A stretch of 64,000 bases of DNA, taken from contig OZ024763.1 in the NCBI GenBank assembly GCA_964016885.1, positions 9,424,001-9,488,000 on the forward strand, written 5' to 3'. Position numbers and translations under genes: made by a program. Positions 51,824-64,000 of the stretch are shown here, piece by piece. Each line of letters opens with the position of its first letter. Within the stretch, counting starts at the first letter, position 1. This DNA comes from Eledone cirrhosa. Lineage: Eukaryota. Below the pieces are notes generated by a model, which saw nothing but the letters and a program-made list of their open reading frames with translations, made no database searches and was not told the origin of the DNA.

Positions 51824-52849
51824 TATATACATATATATATATACATATACATATATATATATATACATATACATATATATATTTACTAAACCACCCATGA
51901 TCCGTTGGGTAACATTCAATTAGAATTTTTTTTTTTTTAAATCATGTTCACTTAAAAATAATTTTTAAATAATTAAAATACAGTCAAGTATATAATGTAA
52001 AATGAAATTGGCAGGCCCATATATATATAGGCCTGTGACCTAAATACACTGGTCACAGACGCACACACATATATATATATACACACACACACACACACTT
52101 AGAAACCCTTCCTATTTAGCAGGAAATATTCGCTACACACAACCTCTCCTAACGCAAGTTATATGATACATATGACTTGATATTCAGTCACCAAATTTGA
52201 ACTAGATATAGAATGCTGTATTCGATTCTTTGAAGTCACCTGTTATAATTTCATTTAACAACACCACTAGCTCTCTCTTTCTCCCTCTCTCTGTCTCTCA
52301 TTCAGTCTACTCTCTCACAAACACTATCTCTTTTTCTCTCTCTATTTATGATGGTACCCGGAAAAACGCTGTATCTCGGGGACCCATGCTCTGATTTACG
52401 CAAAACTTGTTTTATTCCATTTGTATTCCCATTTCAGGGGTAACTTCCTTTCAAAGTATTTTCCCATTATGTGCTGTTTTGGCTGTATTAAATTACAGAC
52501 AAGCACACAACCATAGAGTTTTAGTAGTATATAGATACATATATATACTGTAGTACCAATTTGGTATAAATATCCAAATGAGGAGTTAGGTATAATTAGT
52601 TACAACAGTGACTCATTCAACTTGTCACACAAATAAAAATGGCTTCACTCATGGAGATTTTAGAAGGTTTAGGAGAGTTCTAAGGGTAGGTAATATCAAA
52701 TTTATCAATAAGTAGACAAATCCCTTGAATAATGTAAGTGAAAAGGGAAGTAACTATAAAAACAAACAAGGTAGGTCACTTGCATTACACAGGGAGCCCT
52801 AGCGTTAAGTTGAAAAGTTGAAGAAAATAAATTTAGTTAATCAGGTCTA

Positions 52850-53325
52850 CATCATTTTCAGGACAAATTTTGCTTCATGAAGACAGTGACTGAAACAGTC
52901 GAAGCAGGTATTGAAGCAGTGTTTCCCTGAAACCAGTTGTAAGAGTATATTCTACCTCAGTTACACAGCTGGCAAAATTTCATCCCATTGTCATATAAAG
53001 TGGAGTTTTCTTGAGTTCTCCATCTAATGGAGAAGGCTGTGCTGTTATTTTTGAGGTTCTGCACATGGTCTGTAAGCTGAGTGGAATGTTTTTTGTCAGA
53101 ATGTCTGAAGGTTGTTTTGTGGTTCAGGAAACAGCTTTTGAACCAGCTATCGGACATTCCTACATGAGTCCAGGCTTCAGTTTGGTGGAGGTCACTATTG
53201 GAGCTTTGCACTCTTGATCCAGGGGGCATGCCTCTGGTCTTCGGCAGGAGCATCCATAAGATGGAAGGCTTTTGTGTTTGTTGGTGATATGGGATTTTAT
53301 GTTATCTGTACATGAGTAGCTTATT
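52850..53325 (-). mobile_element. Degenerate Penelope-like GIY-YIG region
   Basis: CSCRRPEACPLDQEC...HVGMSDSWFKSCFLNHKTTFRH..STQLTDHV..LK..FSIRW..CQLC. Confidence 0.75.
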
Positions 53326-53514
53326 TTTCACTGTATGTCAGTTGAATATTTGTTGGTATTTATGGCCTAAAGGGAAGTAGGTCATAAATACCAACAAATA
53401 TTCACACATTGAGTGTGAATGGTGGCAAATCACATGATGGCTTTATGTCTAGGATTTTTCTTGCTAGATATAAGGCGGTGATCTGGAGAGTAAGTATTTC
53501 TCCCTCAGTTCATT

Positions 53515-54045
53515 TACACTTTGCCATTCATGTATATTACTATTACACATACATCAGAGTATGCAGGCTTCATTTCTTTCCAATCCAACATGCTTAAATT
53601 TTTTATCTTCTGCTTCCCTTCTTGCAAAATATACTTGTCACCTAGCTTCTCTCCAAGCCTCCAGGTAGTGTTTTCTACTTTTTCATCTCACCATTCTTTC
53701 CATGCCTGTTTTTTGGCCTTAATTGTCTTCTCCACCCTACTATTCCACCACCAAGTTACTCTCCTTCTCCCTAGAGACCTGCTCCAACCACAGATTTTGT
53801 TTGTCACCTTCAGTAAGTTCTCTTTCAGGAACTCCCACTGCTTATCTATATTGTATGTATCTATTTTCTCTTCCTTACTGTCAAAAGCATCAAACAATGT
53901 GCCTCTGAATTTGTTACTGGCTGTGGGGTCCTTCAACTTACACATTCTTCTCCTCAAGGTTCTCCTTTGCTGTCATGTTTGTCTGGCCCTGACTATAAGG
54001 TCGCTAACTATTAGGTTATGTTGGGAGATGCACCAGGGAAGGACA
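53515..54045 (-). mobile_element. Internally deleted RTE fragment
   Basis: WEFLKENLL..CGWS..VTWWWN linker region joined to a short C-terminal piece. Confidence 0.8.
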
Positions 54046-54173
54046 TTGTATTTACAACCGTCACTCTGTCTCATCTTATATAGAGAGAGATAGATAGACA
54101 GACAGATAGCTGGATAGATAAATAAATAGACAAGTAGGTAAATGCTGTTCCTCCTCTAAATCATTGACATAAG

Positions 54174-54926
54174 TCATCATCATCATCATCATCACCGTTT
54201 TACGTCCGTTCTTCCACGCTAGCATGGGTTAGACGGGTTGTCCTGTTGTGTGCAGTGTCTGGTCGGCTGACCATGCCTTGCTCATACAGGAACTGATCTG
54301 GCTTGATTTCTACAGCTGGATGCCCTTCCTAACACCAACCTTATTTACAGTGAGTGCTGGGTGCTTTTTCGTGGCGCCTACACGTCCACTTTACAGTGTG
54401 GGCTGGGTGCTTTTTTGCCGTGGCACCTCCACGACCACCTTGCGGTGGGGGGTGTGGGGGCATATTGTTTATATGCTTCAGCATGTACCCATGGGAGGTC
54501 GGGTACTCTGTATTACTGCGTGACGCCAGAAGTCACGGTCGTGTGTCATTGTCTTTGAGAGGTGTAATTGGGTAAGGTCGGCTTTTATCACCTCATCCCA
54601 GGTCATCTTGGGTCTCCCCACTCTGCGGTTTCCATCAACTTCTAGTGCTCTGCACCTTTTTATGCAGCTGTCATCCTTCATACGCATCACATGTCCAAAC
54701 CAGCACAACCGCCTCTCCTGCACACAGCATTTGATTCCTCTTATGCTCAGTCTCTCTCTCAATTCATTTATGCTTTGTTGTTCACGTATATTACTGTTAC
54801 ACATCCATCGGAGCATGCAGGCTTCGTTTCTCTCTAATCTACGTAAGTCTTCCACCTTCAGCGCCCAGGTCTCACTACCATGCAACATCGCTGTTCGGAT
54901 ACACGCATCATACAGTCTGCCTTTCA
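54174..54926 (-). mobile_element. 5'-truncated RTE LINE, near-identical to 14247-15005
   Basis: Almost the same ORF C-terminus and 3' UTR. Confidence 0.93.
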
Positions 54927-55319
54927 AGTACTTTTATAAATGGGTCTTGAGTATAAAAGGGTTTTGAATAATCTAAGGGGCTAATCAAATGAGCCTGTAA
55001 GATGCACACCTACTGGTACATTATTTTATGAAAAGGCAAAGTTTACCTCAGCAGGATTTGAAATCAAAATACAAAGAGTTGGTACAAATCTTGCAAAGCA
55101 TTTTCACCAATGCTCTAACGATTTTGCCAGAAAAATCTTGATAGAATTAGAATCAGTCTCAGCATTACGACATTGCAAAAACAACACTTGTGGGAGCAAC
55201 AAATATCCTGTGGAAAGTATTGTCTATCTGAGATTACATAAGTTGATAGGGAGTCAATTAAATGATCCAGTGTTAATAAAAAATATCACTGTGCAAATGA
55301 AGTATAATAATAATAATAG

Positions 55320-55990
55320 TTTCTGTCTCTACATGGTGCTCAGTTTTAATAGCACTTGCAAGGTCTGCATACTTATTGATCTTTTCCATTTCCTTTTCAG
55401 CCACATCGTGATTTTGAGGGTTTGCAATATCAATCAGAATCCATTTTGGTGGGGTTGTTTGTTATTAAAACAATATCAGGGTGGTTGTGTTGGACTTTGT
55501 GGTCTTGATCTCAAGGTCCCAAAACAACTCTATTCCCTCACCTGATACCCCTCATCAGTGCAGATCATTGTATGATGAGTGAAAGGAGAATGCTTGCAGA
55601 ATATTTGGTAAACAGTGGTGAAGAGTTGTTGCAGTATGCAGCAGAAGATGCAGATGAAATGGTTGGTAACGAAGAATTTACCGAAAGAGTTGAAGAGAAG
55701 AGAAAAGATCTGAAAATGAGAATCCACAGACAGTTTGAAAGAAATACACAAGATTTCAAGGATTAAATATTATGAACATTGATTAAGCAAAGTGAGGTGT
55801 ACCACAGAAAGCCTTATAATTGCAGCACAAGACCAAGCTCTTGCTACCACTTCGGTGAAATATAACATCTACAAAACTTCTGACACCCAGAAATACAAAC
55901 TCTGTGGAAAGAATGTGGAAAATGTAACCCATTTGCTAAGGGATGTGAGTGCCCTGTGCAAAAAGAATACAAGTACAGCCATGACAAAAG
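55320..55990. mobile_element. Two Dong/R4-like fragments in opposite orientations
   Basis: Plus strand: TESLIIAAQDQAL..KLCGKNVENVTHL. Minus strand: ILIDIANPQNHDVAEKEMEKINKYADL. Confidence 0.65.
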
Positions 55991-57429
55991 AAATAATAAC
56001 AATAATGATGATGAGGATTTCTTTATGAACCAGAAAAACAAGACAAAACATTGAATGTGTGTATGTGTGGGTTTTGCATAAAAACTATTAATAATTGTTT
56101 CTACATTTGGGGGGAAGGGAAAGTCAATTAAACTGACCCCACTGCATTACTGGTACTTTATTTTATTGACACCCCCCCCTTCTCCAGAAAGATGAAAGGT
56201 GAAGTTGACTTTGACAGGATTTGAAACCAAAACATAAAGAGCCATTACTAAATGCTACAAAGCATTTTACCCAACAAGCCTACTCTAATAATAAGGATTT
56301 CTTTTATTTGTCACAGGGGCAGTGGTACAACAAAACCTGAGAGAAAAGAATAAATAATAATGATGATTATGATCCAGGCTAACATTCTACATATATGGTT
56401 CTTTCCAGAATCTTCTCTGGAATAATCTAATGTATATCTAGAGTATCATTAAATGAAACCTTATTTCTGTCCCACTCCACACCCTCACATATAATGGGTG
56501 GCTCATGTACACCTGCATGTTTCCATAGATACCTACATTATCACATAATATATTGTTTATTAACTCATAACATTCTGTAATGATTCAGCAGAAATTATTA
56601 CAAAACTGGTTTGTTATTGAGCAGGATGAGAATAAAGACTTTAATATTTAATGTCATAGAGCTGTTTTGTAGTTTTCAAGAATGTCGTGCTAATGTGGTT
56701 TCATGTGGTTTGTTATCCCTTTATCATTTACATGATTCTATATATACTATTGTATTTTCAAGGTAAAAGCTTTACATCACATAATTATCTCACATAATAT
56801 CGAATCTATGAGGTTTTGATGTTATTTATTTTGAGAACAATACCTTAACAACAGAATGAGTGGCCGGATATGGCCAGTTTAAATGCTAAAGGGTTAAATC
56901 AAATATTTAGAGTATCTTTAGAAGTGAACAGATTGTTGCGAAAATTTACAATATTCCTCCTCCATCATATATAGCCACCCTTTCTTGGTTTTCCCTTCCT
57001 TCTACATTCATCCCCATCACTCCTCTCCCCTAGTGACATTCATCCTTTCTCATCACATGACCCAACAATCTTCACAACATGCACCACTAGTTCTATTCCA
57101 ATCATCCATCATCCTCAAGTGTTCATTGTTTGTCTACATCTCTCTTCCTCTTTCAGTGATACTTCACTCAACTACCATTTTCATTTTTGTTTATTTCCAG
57201 CCTTCTCTTGCTCCACATTTATCACTCATGTCTCACTTTCATAAATCATGGCAACAAAAACAAGGACAAAATAATGCCTGTATCAAGTTCCGTCTTCTGC
57301 ACACAGTAAAGCAAAAGTAAGGGAGTGTACACAACACAATACAAAAAGAAAAAATATCAATTTTGAAAATTATTTGGTATATTCTCAGGAAGTTGCAAGC
57401 TCTTAGGCGACATGTCACAATAATAATAA

Positions 57430-57876
57430 CAATGATTTCTAATTTAGGCATAAGGTCAACAATTTATGGGGAGGGAAAATCAATTACATCAACCTGAGTA
57501 TGTGACTGGTATTCTATTTTATCGAACCTGGATGAAAGGCAAAGTTAACCTCGGCAGAATTTGATTTTAGAACAAAATGCTGCAAAACATTTTGTCTGAC
57601 ATTCTACTAATACTGCTAATTTACCACCTTAATAACAACAACAACAACAACAACGTTTTTTTTTTTATATAGGCACAAGGCCAGCAATTTTTTAGGGGAG
57701 GGGAAAGTCGATTAAATCGACCCCAGTGTGTGACTTGTATTTTATTTTATCGACCCCGTAAGGGTGAATGGCAAAGTTAGCCTTGAAGGGTTTGAACTCA
57801 GAATGTAAAGGGCCATAGCTCTATGCTGCAAAGCATGTTGTCTGACGCTCTACCAATACTGCCAATCCACTGCCCT
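57430..57876 (-). mobile_element. Two tandem Meta-type SINE copies; others at about 420-530, 7590-7745, 13740-13950, 26590-26750, 45620-45900, 55000-55130 and 56090-56290
   Basis: Shared core gagttcaaa..aactttgcctttcatcc..ggggtcgataaaataa..tac, usually with (AAT)n ends. Confidence 0.7.
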
Positions 57877-57896
57877 ATGATAATGATAATAATAAT

Positions 57897-59283
57897 ATGA
57901 AACAGGAGGACAAAATTGACAGCAAATTGGAAGGACAGTTGAAGAGAATTAAGGTGTTCAGTGATGATGTTGGGATGGAGTTTGGATTGGAAAAATGCAC
58001 CATAGCAACAATCAAGAAAGACAGAATAACAACTACAAACTCAGTGGAAATAGATGTGAATACAATAATTAAGGAACTAAAACAGGAACAAGCCTACAGA
58101 TGTTTAGGGATCAATGAAGGCCAAGGTATTCACTACGTCAGTATGAAAGAGAGAATTACGGAAGAATGGTACCAGAGAGTATAATGCTGTCTGGAAAACT
58201 GAGCTCAACTCAAAGAATAAAATATTTGCCATAAATGCACTTGCAATCCCAGTTATCACCTACAGTTTCAACATAATAAATTGGAACATTAATGAAATAA
58301 AGAAAATGGAGCTAAAGGAATGATCCAGCTTGAGCTGTCATGCAAAATATCAACCATTGGATCCAAACAATACCATAAAACTACAGATGACTGGATGCTG
58401 AAAATGGTTGTAGATCACAAAAGGAAAACGAGGTTACAAAAGAAAGTAGGAAGTTTTCAGAAGAATTGGGAATACATTTTGAAAATGATGGCGATTCTGC
58501 AATTAAAGCTGCAAAGAACATCAAAATGTTGAAACATGAAAGTCAACGGAGACTGTGCACCACATGGGAGCAAAACCACTGAATGGGCAATATGTTCTCT
58601 GTAGCAAAGATCCTGTTGTAGATCAAACTCTCACCCAGCAGTGGCTATGAAGTTCTGGGCTAAAGACAGACAGTGAGGACATCATTTTGGCTGAACAAGA
58701 CCAGCGTCTTTCAATGCGCAACTTTCAAACCAATGTGATCAGAAATGGAGCTGACATAAAGTGTTGATTCTGTGATGAGCATGTTAAGACCACCTGGTTT
58801 CAGGCTACAAAGTATTAGCTTCCTAGGAATATAAAACAAGGTATGATAGAGTGGAGCAATATTTACACTGTGTAATGTGCAGGTTTTATGGTATAAAAAC
58901 AGAGGGAAAATGGTACAACCATCACCCAGATGCAGTAACAGGAGGCAGGAATGTGACAATCTTATGGGATTTCCCTGTGAACACTGACAAAACAATCAAG
59001 ACCAACAGACCTGATATAATTGTGAAGGACCATAAAAAGAAAACACGTTTTTTAATTGACATGAACATTCCATCAGATCGTAACATCTTGAAAGAGTTCC
59101 GAAAGCTCAGTTAATATAAAGATCTGACAATTGAAATTGAGAAAATGTGGCATCTTAAGGCCTGTACAATACCAGTGATAGTTGGTGCACTTCGAATGAT
59201 TAAAAAAGGGAACTGAAAAATATTTGGACCAAATAACTGGAAAGCCAACTCTTCAAGAGATTCAGAAAATAGTGCTGACAAAT
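57897..59283 (+). mobile_element. Degenerate Dong/R4-clade non-LTR retrotransposon (restriction-like endonuclease)
   Basis: FSDDVGMEFGLEKC and ILWDFPVNTDKTIKTNRPDIIV..LIDMNIP; starts at (TAA)n. Confidence 0.85.
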
Positions 59284-59479
59284 GATAATAATTTTCTTTT
59301 TTCCTTTTGTAAGGTTTCTTTAGCAATCAGTTGCTAGGTGAAGAATGTTAATTGGTCTCTGATCTCAGAGACTCAATATATCGCATAGGATTCTGGTAAT
59401 GCTAGAGATGGTAGAAATTTGGGCACTGCCCATCAAGTTGGGTATCCCAATAATAATTTTTTTTTTTTTTTTTTTTTTT

Positions 59480-59793
59480 TTCTTTTTTTACGTCCGCTTT
59501 TTCCCTGCTTGCAAGGGTGGGACGGGAACTGATTCTGGCTTGATTTCTACAGCTGGATGCCCTTCCTAACACCAACCTCATTTACAGTGAGTGGTGGGTG
59601 CTTTTTTGCCGTGGCACCTCCACGACCACTTTGTAGTGGAATGATATGGACCCCAGTCCCTATCATTCATTTCTACAGCTGAGTAAACTGGAGCAATGTG
59701 AAATAAAGTGTCGTGCTCACCCGGTCTGAGAATTGAACTCACAACCTTTCGATTGCAAGCCCAATGCTCTAACCACTAAGCCATGTGCCTCCA
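59480..59793 (-). mobile_element. CORE-type SINE with RTE tail (third copy)
   Basis: Matches 51076-51400. Confidence 0.8.
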
Positions 59794-59817
59794 ATAATAA
59801 TAATAATAATAATAATG

Positions 59818-61423
59818 CTGTCTTTATTAATTACAAGGGTTGACAAAAAAGTATAACATTAAGGACAGCACAGGACAATACATTACAGTACAAATGAGCA
59901 TTTCTGCGTGTAAAAAACAAAAACAGGATGTAACAAAAATAAGAAACAAGGAAAAATTCCCCAATAGAGGGGAGACTTCCGAAGGTCACTCGTGGAGAAA
60001 GCCCTAAAAAAAGCCACGGTTACCCTGACTGCTATGGCAAGTGCCCTCTCCAGTTTTCCTCCTATGATACTACAGACATACGCTCAGGGCAGGCCCACTC
60101 ACATGGGTCATTCTTGCCTCTCTCACCTACCTTTCAACAAACTGGCTGGTAGGCAGCATTTCCCTCTGCACCCTGATTTTCCTTTTCAGGCGAAACCTGA
60201 AAAGGTTAATGAGGGCATCACCGAAGAGGAAAGTACCCATCTTCATCCCTTTCAGACGCATCCACCATACCACCTCTTTCACCATGGCCACCAGGCAGAT
60301 AAAAGCTGCCTGCCCTTCCCGGCTAAAGGATGGTAACGGGGCAATCCCGACGATGGACTCAGCTGATAGCCGGATCCGTCCTACACGCGACAGCAAGTGG
60401 TCGACATAAACCCACAAGTCAGCAATGCTCAGACACTGGACGAGTGCATGCAGGACTGTTTCCATAGGCCCCGACCCAAAAGATCTCCCAAAGAGATTGG
60501 CGTATTGATTTTCGTTGACGCTCAGATTCTCCCCAAACACGTTGCTCTTTTGCTCCACTAACCCTCTATAGAACGCCAAGGTGGAGTTTCCACTAATCAC
60601 ATTGCCCAACTGGTTGAGGGCTGTAAGCGCCTGTTGGTGTTGGTCATTTTTCTTCTGCCACTGTGGTCTTGGCTGGTTTGTCCACTCCAGTCGTGGGGCA
60701 CGGCATAGGGAGAAGGTGGGAGCACGTACCCGTCTTGGTGAATTTGGGGCAGAAGGCCTTAAGGTGCCTCTTGTCACCGCACCTATGACACCTTGGGCAC
60801 CTACCTTCGACAGTCACGGGTAGATGGCTGCCAGGTCGATCACATTGGGGATGGCCTCGAAGCTCTCGTGGTCTGCTTGGATGATTAGCTCCATCCACGA
60901 TCCTGTCCAGTTTTCCTGTCTTATCTGCATGATGTCGGGGATAGTTGTTGACTCCTCGACGTCAGCGAGGACAGCCGCCATCAGCCACGCGATCTACACT
61001 GAGGGCGGAACGTGGGTCACTCAGACCCTCACGACTCTCTGCCCGCAGTGGCACAATGGAGTGTGCTCTGGCTTCTTCGGGTGTAGCGAATAGAACATTC
61101 ACAGTGCTATACTTCGATCCTCGGGCTAAGTATGTTTTCTGTGCCCAGACGAAACCCATAGCCCTTTGGGCATGCGACTCCGTTCCCCGTTCGAACCGGC
61201 ACAATTTTAGTCCAATTGTGCGATAAGTGAGCGGACACAAAGGCTTGTTTATCATTATATTAGCTGGGCGGGTGAGACTTACCCTGTGTCCGCTCTTTTT
61301 TACCAACATTTCGCCTGCCTCATTTCCGCATCACTCACGTGTACACGTTCAACATTTTTTGCAGCTTTTACGAATGATGTGGCTTCTGTTTGCTGTGTTG
61401 GTTCATCATTACTCTTGCTTTTG

Positions 61424-61455
<32 letters not shown>

Positions 61456-61860
61456 CTTGTTAGTTTTTTCTTCTGTGTTGCTGATGGTACAGTTGTTGTT
61501 CTTTGGGTTCTTTGTGGATGTTGTCTGCTGTTATTGTTGTTATTAAGATGGCGGTGGCGCTGGTGTTTGTTGATTTTTCTAGCAATGGGAAATTATTATT
61601 GTAATAATTTGGTGCTCTGCTGCTGTTGATAATTTTAAAGTCGTTGTTGTTGGTGGTGCTGCTGTTGTTTCTGTTGTTGTTGCTTCTGCCTTGTGATTGG
61701 ACGAAATCGGCTGTTCCACTTTCTCAACAACCCACTGTTCTTCCCTGTGGACAATCTTTTCCGTTCGGCATGTTTTTTTTTCAACAAAAAATTGAGAGGT
61801 CTGATTGTAAATAAACACGAATTCAGCCCTTAAGAGCGCGAGATACAGTTAAAAAACCAC
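59818..61860 (-). mobile_element. Tx1-like LINE with ORF1 (CCHC knuckle) and only the ORF2 C-terminus
   Basis: VTVEGRCPRCHRCGDKRHLKAFCP is followed directly by FYRGLVE..ETVLHALVQC..KEVVWWMR. The 3' end has AATAAA then (TTA)n. Confidence 0.7.
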
Positions 61861-62019
61861 CTCGTTTGAAAGAGGGGTTGTGTAGCTAGACAACAATGTG
61901 TAATATTCTATATAAAAGTTTCAATGAACACATAAAACAACAACTGACTTACTCCCTTGCTCAAGAGATTCAGCACAATAATAATAATATTAATAATAAT
62001 AATAATAATAACAATAATA

Positions 62020-62520
62020 ATAAGAGAAGTGGTATGAGCATAAGCCAGAGTCGGTGATAGAAAACGATCAGGTGAAGGTGGTATGAGATTTTAGGATACA
62101 GAAGGACAAGAAATTAGAACACAATAGGCCTGACCTGGTGGTTTTGGACAAGGAAAAAAGATTGTGCCTGATTGTAGATGTAGCTCTGCCCATTTGACAT
62201 GAGAGTGCAAGAAAAGGAGAGGGAGAAAATTAACCGATACCAGGATTTAAAGTGGGAGTTAAAAAGGATTTGGAACTGCCATGAAATCAAAGGTTGTCCC
62301 GATTGTCATACGTGCACTAGGTACTCAAAGAGTTTCCAAGGATGGTTAAAGATTAGTCCAGCCCCATTTTTTGGAACACTTCAAAAGGCATGCTTGCTGG
62401 GAACAGCAAGAACCCTCCGATACGTCCTGAATATCTGAGGCTGCAGGTAGCGGCTTGATATTCATTTCAACAAACTTTCCAGTTAAATAACATCAATGAC
62501 TGAGACTCAAAGAACAACAA
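62020..62520 (+). mobile_element. Dong/R4-like 3' fragment in (TAA)n
   Basis: KWYEHKPESV..HNRPDLVV..IVDVA..EKINRYQDL..LQKACLLGTARTLR; (TAA)n on both sides. Confidence 0.85.
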
Positions 62521-62542
62521 TAATAATAATAATAATAATAAT

Positions 62543-63460
62543 GATTTCATTTATTGGCCACAAGGGCCGACATGTAGGGGACAATACAAAGACGGGGACA
62601 GTGGGGGTTTACATATAAAATGTGTAAGAATATAAATAACAATAACAAAATAACAAGGAAAATACAACAATGAAAAATTCTCCAACAGGGTTGACTCAGG
62701 TACCCTACCAATCCTGAACCACTCTGCGCTTCTAGGGCACCAGGGAAGGGCACCGCTCTCCTCAAATTAGCCAGCCTATAGGCACATGGTCAGAGTAGGC
62801 CCAATCACACGGGCCATTCTCGCTACATTCATCCACCTTTTAACAAATGTACTGGGGGGCAGTACTTCTCTCTCCACCCTCACCTTCCTTTCCAGGTGAA
62901 ACTTGAAAAAGTTGATGAGGGATTGGCCGAAGAGAAAAGTGTCTGTCTTCAGTCTTTTCAACCTGGTCCACCATACAACCTCTTTTGCAACTGCCACCAG
63001 ACAGAGGAATATTGCCTGCCCTTCCTGGCCAAAGGAAGGCGGCAGGCCGATCTTCACTATGGAATCGGCCGATAGCCAGATCCATTTTACATGCGACAAC
63101 AGCTGGATGAGTGCGTGCAGAATGGTTTCGTCGCTGTGCGCAGCTGGGGCAGGTCTGTCTGACAGCATTTCCGTGCCTGTAGAGTTTACCTCGAACCGGC
63201 AGTGCCACCCCCCACCCCCTCCGGTAGCGAGGGATTTTTGGAAGTTATCCATTGTCCCCGGCTCAAAAGTCCACCGGGACAGACTGGTCAGTTCGGCTTC
63301 GTCGACGCCCAGAGTCTCTCTGAGTGCGATGTCACACTTACCCACTACTAATCCTCTATAGAACTCAAGAATGGAAGTTCTACTGACCGCATTGCCCGCC
63401 TGGTAGAGGGCAGTGAGTGCCTGGCAACATTCCAGATGCCAGGCACCCAATATTGGTCTC
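62543..63460 (-). mobile_element. Tx1-like LINE 3' fragment in (TAA)n
   Basis: ALPVRGKLYRHG..TCPSC..DETILHAL..KEVVWWTR; (TAA)n on both sides. Confidence 0.75.
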
Positions 63461-63472
63461 TAATAATAATAA

Positions 63473-64000
63473 CTAGCAGAATAGCTCGGCGTTGCTCGGG
63501 ATTTGCTTTAGGGTTCTTATATATTTGATATATATTTATCCTTATCGAGCCTCGTGAAATAACTACATTTGTTTATATTTTGTTATTGTGTATGCAAAAA
63601 TATCTGTTCACGAATATATAATTATATATATATATATATATATATTTATTAAAATAACAGATTAAAGTTTAAGCAAAGAATTGCTGCTTTCACCCTTAAT
63701 GGGATCTTCTGAAACTAAAAAAATTCAATCTGTGAACGCAGAAGTAAATATTTCGAAAGACGTTTCACACTATATATATATATACACACACACACATATA
63801 GCGTAATAATGTCGTAATGCAGACAGCCAGACATACAGACAGATATTATAAGGGCGCAACGTTATATCTATGTATCTATCTAAAAAGAAAGATTAAGAAT
63901 TAATTTCTTTTGCTCAAAACACTGACAGGACCATAAGTATTACATGTGTAAAGTTTGAAAACAATTGGTTGGGTGGTTCTCGAGTTTTAGGGAGTCAGAC
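63473..64000 (-). mobile_element. Non-autonomous Helitron (runs off window)
   Basis: CTAG terminus with cccgagcaacgccgag hairpin. 63815-64000 resembles 17590-17820. Confidence 0.7.

Noticed and set aside
52957-53253. Possible upstream rootletin exon
   Set aside because: There is no coiled-coil character and it matches a Penelope GIY-YIG remnant. No upstream rootletin exon was recognised in 46632-64000.

Overview
This is AT-rich, microsatellite-rich eukaryotic DNA. The repeat landscape (RTE LINEs with (CAT)n tails, CORE- and Meta-type SINEs, long (TA)n tracts) suggests a mollusc, probably an octopus; that assignment is inference. One host gene runs on the minus strand: a rootletin/CROCC-like coiled-coil gene. 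I traced 18 GT-AG exons between 46631 and 214. They splice in frame to about 1100 codons, and both ends of the gene appear to lie outside the window. Two adjacent exons (45410-45499 and 45268-45339) are duplicates of each other and are candidates for mutually exclusive splicing. The introns hold RTE, Tx1-like, Dong/R4-like and Penelope-like retroelements, SINEs, two Tc1/mariner elements, non-autonomous Helitrons, MITEs and a 4.1-kb 23-bp minisatellite. The least expected signal is a set of seven hammerhead-ribozyme loci (CTGATGA...GAAA...TH), one carrying a core on each strand. Several sit inside or beside short fold-back elements next to (TA)n tracts, and they are probably Penelope pseudo-LTR or retrozyme-like units. 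Two cores read in the same sense as the rootletin pre-mRNA. No rRNA, true tRNA, CRISPR or prokaryotic features were found.
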